A stretch of DNA of 64,000 nt. Origin: a bacterium (GTDB lineage Bacteria > Patescibacteriota > JABMPQ01 > JBDRIV01). The translations under genes were made by a program, and so were the position numbers. The DNA is taken from the NCBI GenBank assembly GCA_043815505.1, contig JBDRIV010000004.1:186051-250050 (forward strand), written 5' to 3'. Positions 30,568-43,400 of this stretch are shown here, piece by piece (position 1 is the first letter of the stretch; the number at the start of each line of letters is the position of its first letter). Below the pieces are notes generated by a model. It saw only the letters and a program-made list of their open reading frames with translations. It did no database searches and was not told the DNA's origin.

Positions 30568-31116
30568 ATGAAAAAGTGGTTCATAACAACTATAATAATT
30601 ATTGTCTTATTAATTTTGTTTCCTGTTGCTTGGTATTATTTTGATTTAAATTGGCCGTGGTCTGACTTAGGTGAAGATGATTTAAACAATAATGATTCGG
30701 GAGAATTTGTTTCGTATTCAGAAAACTGCAATAACCTAGTCAATAATTCTATTCCTCTAAAAGACAAACAAACTTTCTTTGATACTAATTACACAGCAGT
30801 GACTTTGACTTCACGTGATGCCTGGGATCAGGAAAAACTACCAGCTCAAGTAACAGAACTTGAAAGCCAGGACTATATTTGTTATCCGATGCCTTATGAT
30901 TTCTCTGAATACTCTGAACCGGCCGGCATAAATGCTGAATTGGAAGTCACTAAAGTACAATGGGACTGTGAGTTAGAATACAACGACTATAAATATTTAG
31001 AAAGTTCTGAAACAACAACGAGGGAAGATTTGGTAACAAATGGCTATTCCTGTAAGGAACAAGAATGTGAAGAAAATGACGGCACAGAGAGTTCTATCTG
31101 GTTATGCGCTAAATAA
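30568..31116 (+). CDS. N-anchored secreted Cys-containing protein
   Basis: 182 aa, TM N-terminus. Confidence 0.65.
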   Translation: MKKWFITTIIIIVLLILFPVAWYYFDLNWPWSDLGEDDLNNNDSGEFVSYSENCNNLVNNSIPLKDKQTFFDTNYTAVTLTSRDAWDQEKLPAQVTELESQDYICYPMPYDFSEYSEPAGINAELEVTKVQWDCELEYNDYKYLESSETTTREDLVTNGYSCKEQECEENDGTESSIWLCAK

Positions 31117-31165
31117 ATTCACTAAAAAGAGCTAAAATTTACCTTAGCTCTTTTTTATTTAACTA

Positions 31166-31927
31166 TTATTCTGTAACACTAATCTTGTATGTCGCTTCAA
31201 TCTCTCCTTCCTCCAATGCTTTAGCTTCATCAATTCCCCAACTTTCGTATCCTTCACTATTCTCTTGATAATAAAATGGTGAGACATCAATGATATCAAA
31301 TTGATCTTTGTTAAATAAAGCATCATAATCAAATTCATCACAGGATCGATATTCAGCATGAGTATTGTAGAAGGTCTCCGTGGTCATGCCATATGATCCT
31401 ACTGGCGGCAAACAGCTACGATAATAATCAAAAGCAGAATCTAAGTTATCAGCCACAGCTATCGGATCTGGTAAACCGCTCTTATTGCAATATGCTCCAC
31501 CTATTGACCCACTAGAATATGTGCCCGATTGACCCTTTGTTTTCAGACTTCCAATATAATGATATCCCAAACCAACATCATTACTCGCTTGCTTTTGTGG
31601 TAAGGCCTCATCAATTCGTAATGCGTATATTATCTTTACTGGTGGCAATGCTTCCCCGTCAACCTCACTCTCCTCATCAATAACAATTCCTATTTGTCCT
31701 TCGAGTTTACCGCTTGTGGAAGATATGTCTAAAATTGTACCATTATACTTTTCTACCTCCGCACACTCACCAGCATTAGATGTTTTTGTTTTTTCTTCTG
31801 AGTTTATAGTTTTTTCTGTTTTTGTATCTTCATCACCAATTGAGTCTTGAGTAAATTTCCAAATAAGATATCCACCGATTGCCAGAACTATTATTAGTAT
31901 GATTATTATGATTGATTTCTTGTTCAT
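31166..31927 (-). CDS. N-anchored secreted hypothetical protein
   Basis: 253 aa, TM N-terminus. Confidence 0.7.
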   Translation of the reverse strand: MNKKSIIIIILIIVLAIGGYLIWKFTQDSIGDEDTKTEKTINSEEKTKTSNAGECAEVEKYNGTILDISSTSGKLEGQIGIVIDEESEVDGEALPPVKIIYALRIDEALPQKQASNDVGLGYHYIGSLKTKGQSGTYSSGSIGGAYCNKSGLPDPIAVADNLDSAFDYYRSCLPPVGSYGMTTETFYNTHAEYRSCDEFDYDALFNKDQFDIIDVSPFYYQENSEGYESWGIDEAKALEEGEIEATYKISVTE

Positions 31928-32027
31928 ACTTTTTATATAAATATTATGCTTCTATACTACCAAAAAACCGCCTGTTCAACAATCCTAGTTTTCTGTTTTG
32001 TTAAGGCGGTTTTTAGTTGTTTAAGCG

Positions 32028-33773
32028 CTAATTAGCAGATGGCATATCATCCCATACTTCTAAATCATCAATGCCGTGGTATATTCCTGCCGGCGGTGTG
32101 CCGTTGGAAAAATTAGCTTGGATGATAAAATGTCCAGCTTTTTCAATGTTGCCAAATTGACCACTATCGTCTATCCATTCTCCGGTCGCATTGTCTGCAG
32201 TTTCATTATCTTCATCAACCCAAATACGGGCAATAGCGGCATCAAAATCAAAGAAGAAAGACCATTTATGCCAATTACCATCATTAACATCTTCTACAGG
32301 AAAAGTGTCTAAGCCTGTGTTGGTTCCATATTGTAGTCTTACGTCAGTATCATCGCCATCAAAAATATCGTTAACAGTGGTGAGGAAAATTATATGAGAA
32401 TCTAATTCACTTTCATACGGATAACCGTATACTCTAATCCATTTGTTTTTTGGATAATAGGGGGGATTAGGCCACACAAAACCACTGTTGCGAGACCAGA
32501 ATCTGACAAACAGTTTTTCTGTATTAATATCTTCATCTATATCTAGACCGTTGGTGCTACAAGCCGAACCATTATATCCAATATTTCCTCTAACATTTAC
32601 CAAACCACAATCAATACCATCAACTTCTGGATTGAGAGGGATGTAGTTACCTTGGTCACAGGTAGTAGAGCTATCTGATCCACGGCTATCATTTTGCAGA
32701 AGGAAATAATTACCCGAATGTGGTGCCCAATTACTATAATTTTCTACAATTTCCGTAGCATGATCTTGCATACTACAATATTCCGGCTCACCGCTGGATA
32801 ATGGAAATCCTTCCGGTCGGGAATCAACTTCACCGCTAAAATTCTCAAACCCATAAGAGTAGAGCAGATTGGCATCACCTTGCTGTTCACAATCCTCAGG
32901 ACAAGTAACATAGTTCTCTCCTTCTTCACATTCACCATTGCCACATTCTGCTTCTTCACAATCAAAGTCCTCATCATCAATGTAGTTATCACAATCATTA
33001 TCAATTCCGTCGGAGCATTCAGTTTCGGTGGTAGTACATCTTTGTTCTAGGACTTGATAGACTACGTTACCCACTTTAGGGCGATAGTAAGAATCCCTTT
33101 TCAACCGAAAACCGAATTGAAAATATTGCCAGTCGTAAGTAACGGTAGAGGGAACTGATATAACATGAAAACCATTGGTTGTAATAGGAATGGAGTACCA
33201 AGACAAAGTACTGTCATCAACATCAGCTGCAAACTGTTCCTCTGATCCTCTAAGGAAAAAATCAAATTCGTTGTTACTACCAATAAATTTACTAAACTGA
33301 GAGAAATTGAGAGGAGAAAGGAGAGTAGTGAAAGCTACTTTAGAAAGACCGGTGGCGGCGCTGTCTTCATCACCAAGAGAATCAGTGTCTATTACTTCAG
33401 AAGTAACCTTTATAATTCCATTTTTAGCCGCAATAGCATTATTGAAACGAGGTAGTTGTTCATAATCTCCTTCTATATTAAAAGTAGTCATATCATAAGG
33501 AGTGTTGTGTTTAATATATTTACCGGGGACATAAACAGTGGGCTCACCACTAAGTCCACTGGCATCAAAGTTTGATTCTCTGATATCTTCGGGTGGAATG
33601 ATAGGAAGAACCGCTGCTCCAGCTACGGCCAGAGCAGAGATTATAAAGACACTCCAGACCATTAGCTTGAGGCGTTTTTTGGTTTTGGTTTGAGCGGTTG
33701 TTTGCTCTGTTTGGGTTTGTTTGACCATCATATTTTTGTTGTTATTTGTTTTATTTTGATTATTTTGAGACAT
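32028..33773 (-). CDS. surface protein: conserved N-module, Cys/Asp motifs, beta-sandwich (ConA/lyase-like) C-domain
   Basis: N-terminal ~290 aa paralogous to 44567-46609; DGNWHKWSF, GIDDLEVWD. Confidence 0.75.
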   Translation of the reverse strand: MSQNNQNKTNNNKNMMVKQTQTEQTTAQTKTKKRLKLMVWSVFIISALAVAGAAVLPIIPPEDIRESNFDASGLSGEPTVYVPGKYIKHNTPYDMTTFNIEGDYEQLPRFNNAIAAKNGIIKVTSEVIDTDSLGDEDSAATGLSKVAFTTLLSPLNFSQFSKFIGSNNEFDFFLRGSEEQFAADVDDSTLSWYSIPITTNGFHVISVPSTVTYDWQYFQFGFRLKRDSYYRPKVGNVVYQVLEQRCTTTETECSDGIDNDCDNYIDDEDFDCEEAECGNGECEEGENYVTCPEDCEQQGDANLLYSYGFENFSGEVDSRPEGFPLSSGEPEYCSMQDHATEIVENYSNWAPHSGNYFLLQNDSRGSDSSTTCDQGNYIPLNPEVDGIDCGLVNVRGNIGYNGSACSTNGLDIDEDINTEKLFVRFWSRNSGFVWPNPPYYPKNKWIRVYGYPYESELDSHIIFLTTVNDIFDGDDTDVRLQYGTNTGLDTFPVEDVNDGNWHKWSFFFDFDAAIARIWVDEDNETADNATGEWIDDSGQFGNIEKAGHFIIQANFSNGTPPAGIYHGIDDLEVWDDMPSAN

Positions 33774-33786
33774 ATGATTATGCTAA
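32952..33786. repeat. dispersed duplication, copy 1 (copy 2 at about 45789-46622)
   Basis: near-identical 5' ends and upstream sequence of two paralogues; identity decays toward the Cys-rich linker. Confidence 0.9.
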
Positions 33787-34052
33787 TAGTTGGTTTTATT
33801 GTAGCAGGAAATTGGCATTGAGTCAATGTTAGTTTTTTTATATTATTAAAATTAAACTATTTTTCTATCCACTTTTTGGCTAGGCAATTTTTATTCAAAA
33901 TTCAAGTTTCATACGTTAGTTTCTTAAAAAAAGTAAAACTGGGATTATAAATAATTGCCTTAAAATATCAAAATTGATTAATGTGCCAATTTGATTTATA
34001 CTTTAAGTAGAATATTTATCTTTTCACATTGTTATAATATAGGGAGATTACA

Positions 34053-34232
34053 ATGGCAAAATATGAAGATGAACCAGATATGACAAATGCAGCTTTCACT
34101 GTAAACACCAATCCTATCATCAATGGTAGCCACATTCCCAACAATATTCCTCGAATAACTCAAGGACACAAAATATTAGCAGAACTTAGACGCCTTTTAG
34201 AAGAGGCTGATGAATTTGACTTGTTAGATTGA
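34053..34232 (+). CDS. small hypothetical protein (59 aa, not in the ORF track)
   Basis: AGGGAG SD, ATG 34053 to TGA 34232, downstream hairpin. Confidence 0.45.
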   Translation: MAKYEDEPDMTNAAFTVNTNPIINGSHIPNNIPRITQGHKILAELRRLLEEADEFDLLD

Positions 34233-34466
34233 CCACTACAAAAAAGAAGTGATCAAGTATCATCCATATTTAAAAAAACCGGAACAGAATTATATCAATT
34301 TCTGTTCCCTTTTTTTACTTAAAATACAAACAGTTATAGTTTTTCCCGTTCTAATATGTTCACAGGATTATAAATAGAGTTAGTTTTATAAAATTTTGAT
34401 TATTTCCATCCTACTAAAAAAACCTCTAAATATTAGAGATTTCTTATTAATTCCACCTAAATTATA

Positions 34467-37400
34467 TTAAAATTCACTAGTTGTTATATTCAATCCCTCT
34501 CTCAAATTTTTATTATACACAAAGAAGCTCATTAAAACATTTGTCTCGGCATCAAAAGTCTTTACATGTGGACCTCCTCCCTGATCAGGAGCTGTTACTA
34601 TTTCTGCATTACCATCATTATTCATGTCGCCAACCGCTACATTAACTCCGCACGAATAATTTGAATCATAAGCAAAGAACGAAGATAATAATTTTGCATT
34701 TAACGGATTGAACACTTTAACATTAGGACCGTTTCCAGAGGAAACACCGGTTACAACCTCTACTGTTCCATCTCCTGTGAGATCTCCGGCTGCCACAGTA
34801 ACTCCGGTAAAATAATTTGTGCTATCATATGCTTTCCATTCTGATACTAATTCGGCTTGGTGATTAAATATTTTGACAGTAGCTGGAAAATAACCACCAC
34901 CACCAGAACCAACAATAATTTCTTCCCTGCCATTATTTGATGTATCACCAGTAGTTATGTATCCAGCTGCTCTTCCTGTATCTGGATAGGCAAAAAAACT
35001 ACTAAGCAGCTTTCCGGTTTGATCCCAAATTTTTACGTGAGCAGGAGCAGCTTTAGCAGGAATTGTAATTATTTCCTTTTGGCCATTACCATTTGTGTCT
35101 CCAACAGCCACTTTTATTCCAAAACGGGCATTGGAGCTATATGCCATGAATTGACTAAGAAGAACCCCATTTTGATCAAATATTCTAACTTGAGGTCCTC
35201 CTCCTCCACCTGGACCTGTTACTATTTCTGTTTTGCCATCCATGTTTAAATCTCCTGCCGCTACATTTACCCCGAATCGATAATTTGAATCGTAGGCAAA
35301 AAAAGTGGTTAATGGATCACCATCTTGATTATCAAAAACACTAACTTGGGGGCCATCACCCTGTCCGGCACCAACAACAATATTATGTGAACGTTTTAAA
35401 TTGGTCATGGAAACTGACGCCGATTTCGTATTATTTGCAAGATTACTATCTTCGCCATCACTAGAAACACTTACTGTGATAATAAAATCATTGGCTAATG
35501 AATTTGCATTTACAATAATTGTGATTTCATTCGCTTCTGCGCCGCTATCTATTATTGATGTCTCACAGGTTACTTCACCGTTCAATTCTTCACAGCTCCA
35601 GCCTGTTCCTGATGCTGAAATAAACGTGGAGTTTGGAGGTAGAATTATGGAAGCAACAACGTTTTCCGCTTCATCAGGACCATTATTGCTAATACTTATT
35701 CCGTAAGTAATGTTGTTTGTTGTCGGGTCCGCGCTAGTATTAATTTCCACTTTTAAATCAGTATTTTTATACGCTACCAAAACACTTTTTGAGGTAGTAT
35801 TATTTGTAATATCATCATCAGTGGTATTTGAACTTATAGTGGCTTGAGTAGTAATTGTCCCCTCTGTTTGAGGAGCTTTTATTTTTATAGAAATATTGTC
35901 ATTAGATGATGATTGCTTATTGAATATATTAATATTTTTTTCTTGCCTCCATATATCTACACTTGAACTGGCAGACAGAGATATTCTTGTACAAGTAACT
36001 TTCAAATTTGACTCATAACAACTCCAGCCGGTGCCAGAAGCAGAAACATATGTTGAACCTGATGGTAAGGTGGTTGTAGAAATTAAATTTTCGGCTTCAT
36101 TGGGACCATTATTGGTAATACTAACTGTATAAATAATTGAATCTCCCGGCTCGACGGATGAAGCGCTAGCATTGATTGATGTAGAAAGATCAGCTGATAA
36201 ACTATCATCATCTAATATAGTGTATGTATAATTTGTATTGGTGGTGGAATCACCACTCGCATCTCCAACTACAACATAGCTCGATGGATTCTGAAGGCCA
36301 AATATTATTGTTTCATTATTTTCTACTTTAGTATCGTTTTTAATAGTCAGAGGAATTGTCACCTTGGTTAGGGTTGTATAATCTGCGTTTGGTATAGTAA
36401 TTGTTTTGGGACTTGAAAATGTATAATCTGTTCCCGTTGTTGCCGTACCTCCCGTAACAGCTACTTTTATTGTTAATGTGCCACTATAACCAGTGGCATC
36501 TCCACCACTGACACTTAATTTAAATACTGGACTGGTTACCGTCTCTGACTTACTGTTTGTTGCCTTGGTAAATTCTACTGTTAAACCATCGTCCTCGGTA
36601 ATAGTAGCAGTTGCCGTTGATCGATTCGTTGTATCTTCATCGGCATCACCACTAATAGCACCGGCAGAGAAATTGTTCAGAGAAAGATTGATTGTTTCAT
36701 TCCCTTCCAAAAGATTATCGTCGGTTACAGTAATTGAAAAAGCTACAGATTGAACAGTTGTGTAATCTCCTATCGGGATTGTAACAGATATTGGACCAGC
36801 GACATAATCTGTTCCTGCTGTAGCAGTGTTATCAGCTAATACCACGTTCACACTTTCACTAGCTGCTATTATTCCTCCGCGCACACTAAGATTACCACTA
36901 ATAGAACCACTCGCCTCTGCTTCTGAGTAGGCTATATTATTGAACTCTACTAAAAGATAACTATGATCAGTAAAGTCTACTACGAAATCAGTCTTTGAAT
37001 AATTCGTAACATTGGCGGCCGAAGTTGTGTTGGTAAAGGCTCCATCTAGCCAGACTATTTCCAAATTAGATATATCGTCAGCATCAGTATGACTAGTAGC
37101 ATTACCAGTGAGGGAAACTTCTATGGTTGTTGCTCCTGTTCTATTTACCGAAGCACTTAGCCCTGCTGGTACATTGTTAACTTGAACATGAACACCAAGA
37201 GTTATTGGATCTACAAAGGTATCACCTGTTAAGGTAGCTGTGGTTGGATCATTGCCTATAGAGCCATCATTCGCTGCGTCCTCTGTAAAAGTAGTAACAT
37301 CATAAGCAATGCTTGGTTGATCAGCAAAGTCTACACCCAGAGAACTGGAAGCTGGTCCAGTAGCATTATCTACATTGGCTGCTGTAGTGGTATTGGTGAA

Positions 37401-40400
37401 AGCGCCATCTTGGAAAGCAAAAGTAATGTCAGCTACATCATCGGCATCTAAGTGATTGGTAGCATTACCAGTCAGAGTTAGAGTGGCTACTGTATCTCCT
37501 GCTGACAGGGTAATAACAGCGGTGAGTCCAGTTGGCACATCAGCTAATACCAGTTCTGTGGTTTCATCAAGAATATCATCAGTGTCTGTATCTTGATAAG
37601 TGTCACCTGTTAGAGTAGCAATAATTGATCCGGTGACGGAGCCATCATTGGCTGTGGCTTCAGTAAACCCTGCTCCTGTATAAGCAATGCTTGGTTGATC
37701 AGCAAAGTCTATTTGACCTGTATTGTCAGTATAACCAACAACATCACTGGCCGTTGCATTGTTTGTAAACACACCATCGACGAAGGTAACTGTAAGGTCA
37801 GCTACATCATTTGCATCCAAATGATTGGTGGCATTACCGGTGAGAGTAAGAGTTGCCACAGTAGAACTGGTTTTGGTTAACACTGCCGTTAAACCGGTTG
37901 GAACATTGGCTACAGTATAGTGGGTGGTTTCAGTAAAAGGATTACCATTGGCAATTCCAGCTATGTAGGTATCATTTGTTAGAGTGGCCGTTCTTGATCC
38001 CGTAACTGATCCATCATTCGCTGTGGCTTCGGTAAAATTTCCTGACCAGGCGATACTTGCCCCCCCTTCAGTAACAATAGAAAAATAATCACCGTCGGTA
38101 ACTGCGACGGTGTTCTTAGAATAAATGTTATCTGCTGCAATGGCATCGCCATTGCTCGCATCATCATAAAGTTGATACTCTATAGCACCACTAGAAAAAT
38201 CGCCATCAGCATCAACGAGAAGATAATAATTTGTTTGTGCAGCGGGAAGATCAAAGTCTGCGTCCTCTGCATCAATAGTAAATGTCACCGTACCAACATC
38301 GCCCGTTTCTTGAATTTTCCATACCCGGTCTAGAATTTCCCGACCTGTGGGGGCACCAGTTGTACTAAAGGTGGCAGCGCCATTATCATTTCCCCAAATA
38401 AGAGATTCTAGACTACCCTGATCTGTAGCTGAACCAATAGAAACAATTCCGTCTGCGTTTTCTGATTTTGAGGTAACTTGATTCAGTTCAGAATCAGTGT
38501 CTTCCTCTACACCCGCCACATCATTATGATAAGTCTGATTAACAGAGGCATCCCAAACTACGGTGTCATCACTTAAGACATAATCTCCTTCGTGAATACC
38601 ATCGGCGTTGGGAGCTTCAAAAGTGGTAGAGTCACCGTTATTGTCATTGGAGAGAGTAAGACCATATTTTAGCGCTAAATAGGATTCAATTTTTTGTAGG
38701 TCAGCTAAAGATACAGCATCGTCATAAACAATAGCTTCGGCGATTTTTCCGTCGAGGAAATTGGCGGAACGGTAAGCTCCGATTTGTAAATTACTAGTAG
38801 TACCTAAAAAACCCCCTGAATCAAGACCAGCATTTGCTTCCTCTTTCCCGTTAATATTAATAATCGTATCCACTAAACCGTTCCCATGCAACCCTGTCCC
38901 AATATAAGGCGTACTATCAAGTTGATCATTGGTGGTTTCTATGTCAAAGCTAGTACCATTACGTAAATTCATTCTTGCTGACCCGAGCCCAAAATTCATT
39001 GAATGGTTGCCGTTTGCTGGAGTTGATCCAGCAGAAATAAGGTTACCACTATAACTAGTATTATCACGAATAAAAACAACTACCTTAGTATAAGCATTAC
39101 CGTTGGGAATTATCCCTGCAGTTACCGTTTCCATATAATCGCTATTAGCGCCATTAAATTCTATTACGGGGTTAAAATTTATTAGATCAGTGGTTCCACT
39201 TTCATAAGTTGGTTCATTCCCACCAGGTGCTGAAACATCATTGCCGTAACCTGATTGATCTGACCAGCTGGTCAGATTGGCTCCGTCGATGACGGTGGAG
39301 GTTCCTGTATTTGCTTTAAGCCACCATTTTATGTTAGTTAAGACACCTCCAGGTGTACCGCTAATAAAATCAATAACAGCATCATCTTTCTCGTATCTTC
39401 CCACATCAATCGCTGACGCAGTTGTAGTAAAGGCGCCGTCTTGCCAAGTTATAGTTAGATCACTAACATCATCTAAATTATTATGATAAGTAGCATTACC
39501 AGTGAAAGTTAGGGTAGCAGTATCCCCAGGACCACTAACATTCATGACAGCAGTTAATCCAGCTGGTTTATTGGTCAAAATAAAGTGAACTCCTTCAGTT
39601 AGAGTACTGCCACCGTTAACAAAAGTGTCATCAGTGATAGTAGCTACAACTGATCCGGTAACTGACCCATCATTATTTGCACTTTCAGTGAAAGATCCGG
39701 AGTAAGCAATAAAGGGATCCATGGCTTCATCTATAAACGGATCGGCTGGTAAGTTATAAGTGCTGGAATCAGTTGGCACAGTTTCTCCGGCAGCGTCGTT
39801 GCTATCACCCAAACTAACTGTTACTGTTCCGGTGGCAGCCGCAGATAAAGTTATAGTAATTTCATCAGTAGCGGTACGATCAATACTATCGATGGCAACT
39901 GGGGTACCATTATTTTTAACTTCAAATCCTCCTAATCCAGATGTTGGCAAAAGAGGTAAATTGTCATCAGAGAAAGACATGGTAACCAAAGTATTAGTGT
40001 CATCAATAAAAGCATTGAGTAGTATGGGGCCACGACCATCAGAACCACCATAAAAATGTTCTTCTAGTGCTGCCCACCAACGATCAGCTGCAGTTTGTCC
40101 TTCAGCATCAGTAGTAAGATGAACACCATCAGCTAATGGCCCAAGATCATAGATTTGAGGTCCATAAAGAATACCAGCATTGTCATCCCAAGCTTCTATG
40201 GTAGCAGCACGGATACCACTAACATAATTGGGAGCTGTCCCTACTTGCCCGATTACTGCTGCCACCATAGGAGGAGCGCCGGGAAGATCAGCCGCCATGT
40301 CAGAAGCAACTTGATCAAACGCGGTATTATAATCATTTTGACTAACATTATTATTAGCATCTCGTTCTCCTTGATGCCACAAAACAGCTTTGACTGCATT

Positions 40401-43400
40401 AACTCCAGAATCAGTAACTTGCTGCTGCATATTCTCGTACTGTCCTGATCCAGTACCACCTTTTTTCCAATCTTCATCAGGAGTAACTAAACCAGTTGCA
40501 CTATCAGCAGTAGTAATAAAAGCAACTGGTACATCTTGGTTACCCATAATATGAGTTGCTAGTAATGGCCAAACGGAACCTTTTTCAGCTGGGTCAGGAT
40601 CGGTAGGGTCATTACCTTCTAACCAATTATCATCCTCGTCAAAAACAGCTGCTTTAAGTGAGGCATGGGAATAGCTTTTTTGGTTGGTTAATCGACCTTC
40701 AGCATTTGACTGGCCTGCTACAACATAAACATCACCGATGCCAACATCAGCGACTGTGTCTTGAGTATCAGTATCTGATTCACATCTTACTATCAAACTA
40801 CCTTGACCAGCTGATTGACTAGATAACGTTCCACTAAAAGTACCGCCTGCTAAACTACTGTCAATAGTAGCGTAGGCACCACCATTAAAAGAAGCTTCAG
40901 CATTATCACTATCACAGCCAACATAAGTACCAGTGATAGAAATATCAGCCTCATCACCACCATCGCGTTGATAAGTTTGATACTGAACTGGACTGGTAAT
41001 AATAAGAGAGGCTGAAGTTATAAAAGAAAAGTAATCACCATTATTAAAATCTATGGTTGCTTCTAAATTATCACCATTAACTGAAAGTGTGACTTCGCGG
41101 TCAGATGTGGCAAAGCTAGGATCAGTGTGTACTACCATTTTTTCCAAGTCCGCTACTGCAGCTGACGGAATAGATACGGTAATAGTCCCAACATCACCTG
41201 TCTCTTGAACTTTCCAAACACGAGCAACACGTTTGTTAGAAATCCCGTTATAACTTGCTGTAGCTGCTAGCGCGCCGCCATCATTACCCCAAATAAGTGC
41301 TTCTCCATCGTCTTGCCCAGTAGCACCAGATATGATAATTTTATCTTCACCATCACTATCATCAGCACTGGATTGAGTTTGGTCTAGAGCTGAAGTATCA
41401 TCTTGAGCAATTCCCGCCACATCATTATGATAAGTCTGATTAACAGAAGCATCCCAAGCTACGGTGTCGTCACTTAAGACATAATCTCCTTCGTGGATAC
41501 CATCGGCGTTGGGAGCTTCAAAGGTGGTAGAGTCACCGTTATTGTCATTGGAGAGAGATAAACCATATTTTAAAGCCAGATAAGATTCAACCTTTTGAAG
41601 ATTAGCTAGTGTTATGTCATCATCATAAATAATAGCTTCAGCAATCTTGCCATCGAGGAAGTTGGCGGAACGATAGGCGCCAAGCTGAATGGTGCCATTA
41701 CCATTGAAAGCGTGGGCACCAGTATTATCACTGACTTCCTCTTTACCATTAACATCAACAATAGCATCGGTAATGCCAGCGCCATATTTTGCCACGCCAA
41801 TATAGGGAGTAGCGATGCTTTGTGCTGTTGCGGATCCGATGTTTAGAGTAGTGATATGATATAAGCGCAACTGACTTATACCTGGTCCATACAAGAAAGC
41901 GTGAGTATCAGGTGTTGCCCCAGAGGAAATAAGGTTGTTGGCATAACCAGTGCTTTTAATTATATATACAGCTATTTTTGTATAAGCATTGTTACTACCA
42001 ATTATTCCCGTGGCGGCGGTTCCTAAATAATCGCTATTAGCGCCAGTAAATTCTATTACTGGATTAAAATTTATTAAATCAGTAGTTCCACTTTCATAAG
42101 TTGGTTCATTTCCCCCTGGCGCTGTGACATTATTGCCGTTACCTGATTGATCTGACCAGCTGGTTAGATTAGCTCCGTCGATGACGGTGGATGTCCCCAT
42201 ATCAGCTTTGAGCCAGAGTCCTAAATTTGTCATTACTCCTCCTGGTCCATCAGTTGGTGGTGTATCATTAGCAATCTGCCAAAAGCGATCTTCTTTTATT
42301 TTGATGGATTTTTCTTCTAGATTCATTGAAGGTGAAGAATTTTCATTTTTAAGTTCAAGAGGACCAATAGTATAGTATTCTGGAGAAATATCAGGAGCAT
42401 TAAAATCATAATTATACATTAAAGTATCACCTGCTACTGCCGAAACATTCCAAATAATTGTTTTACTATCTTTGGCTTCAGATATTCCTATAGCTCCTTC
42501 ATTAGAAAGATTAGATATCTCAAAACTATCTGGAACAACATCAACAATATTTCCCTGATAATCTTCGTTAAATTTAACCTCGAGAGTCATAGGAGTTGGT
42601 CCTAGAGGATAGTTCCTGGTAGCTGAAGTTCTTCTAACAACAAAATCAGGTTTATCAACTTCATCAAAAACATTGATTTTTGAACTAATAGTTTTTTCAC
42701 CGCTACCAATATCAGCTGTGAGTGTCATTAAGTATTCCCCTGCTTCGGTAAAAGTGTAATTGGCTTGGTAATCGGGAATAATGTGTCCTACTTCAAGAAC
42801 CTCACATTCTCCGGTATTTTGCACTTCTGGTTGATCAATAATTTGGTTAGGAGTGGTAATTTCTAGTCTTACTTCAGCATTACAAACTGGTACGCCAAAA
42901 TCATTAAGAACACCTATGTGAACATCCGCTTTTTCCCCAATCTGATAAGTATCTTTGTCAGTATTAACAGCCAAAACTCCCCAAACAAAGTCTTGAGTGA
43001 ATATTTTTGTATTTTTATTTTTTTGACTAGAAACAGTTGCTTCTAAAGTATAAAGTCCCGGAGTAAAAGATCGCAATGGTTTTACTATCATTACTACTGA
43101 TCCAGCTTGAAAACGAAGGTGGTCATTGGGAATGGTAAATTTATTTCCTTTAGTGTCAGTAACTGTGGCATCAACTTCCGCTTCGGTATCGTCAATAAGA
43201 ACAGTTAAAGCTTCCTCCTTAGTCAACTCATCTCCCGTCTTTTTGTCTGGAATACTATTTTCAGAAAGTTTAAATGCTGTTTCACCAGTAACTAAATTTG
43301 GAACATCAGCAATAACCTGGGAAGATGATATGTATTCCTTATCACTGACAAAATTATCGTTAAAAACGAAAAAATAAATGCTTCCCAAAATCAGCAGTAA

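Noticed and set aside
35019-43377. plus-strand ORFs within the giant gene and other antisense ORFs
   Set aside because: Shadow frames of well-supported genes on the opposite strand
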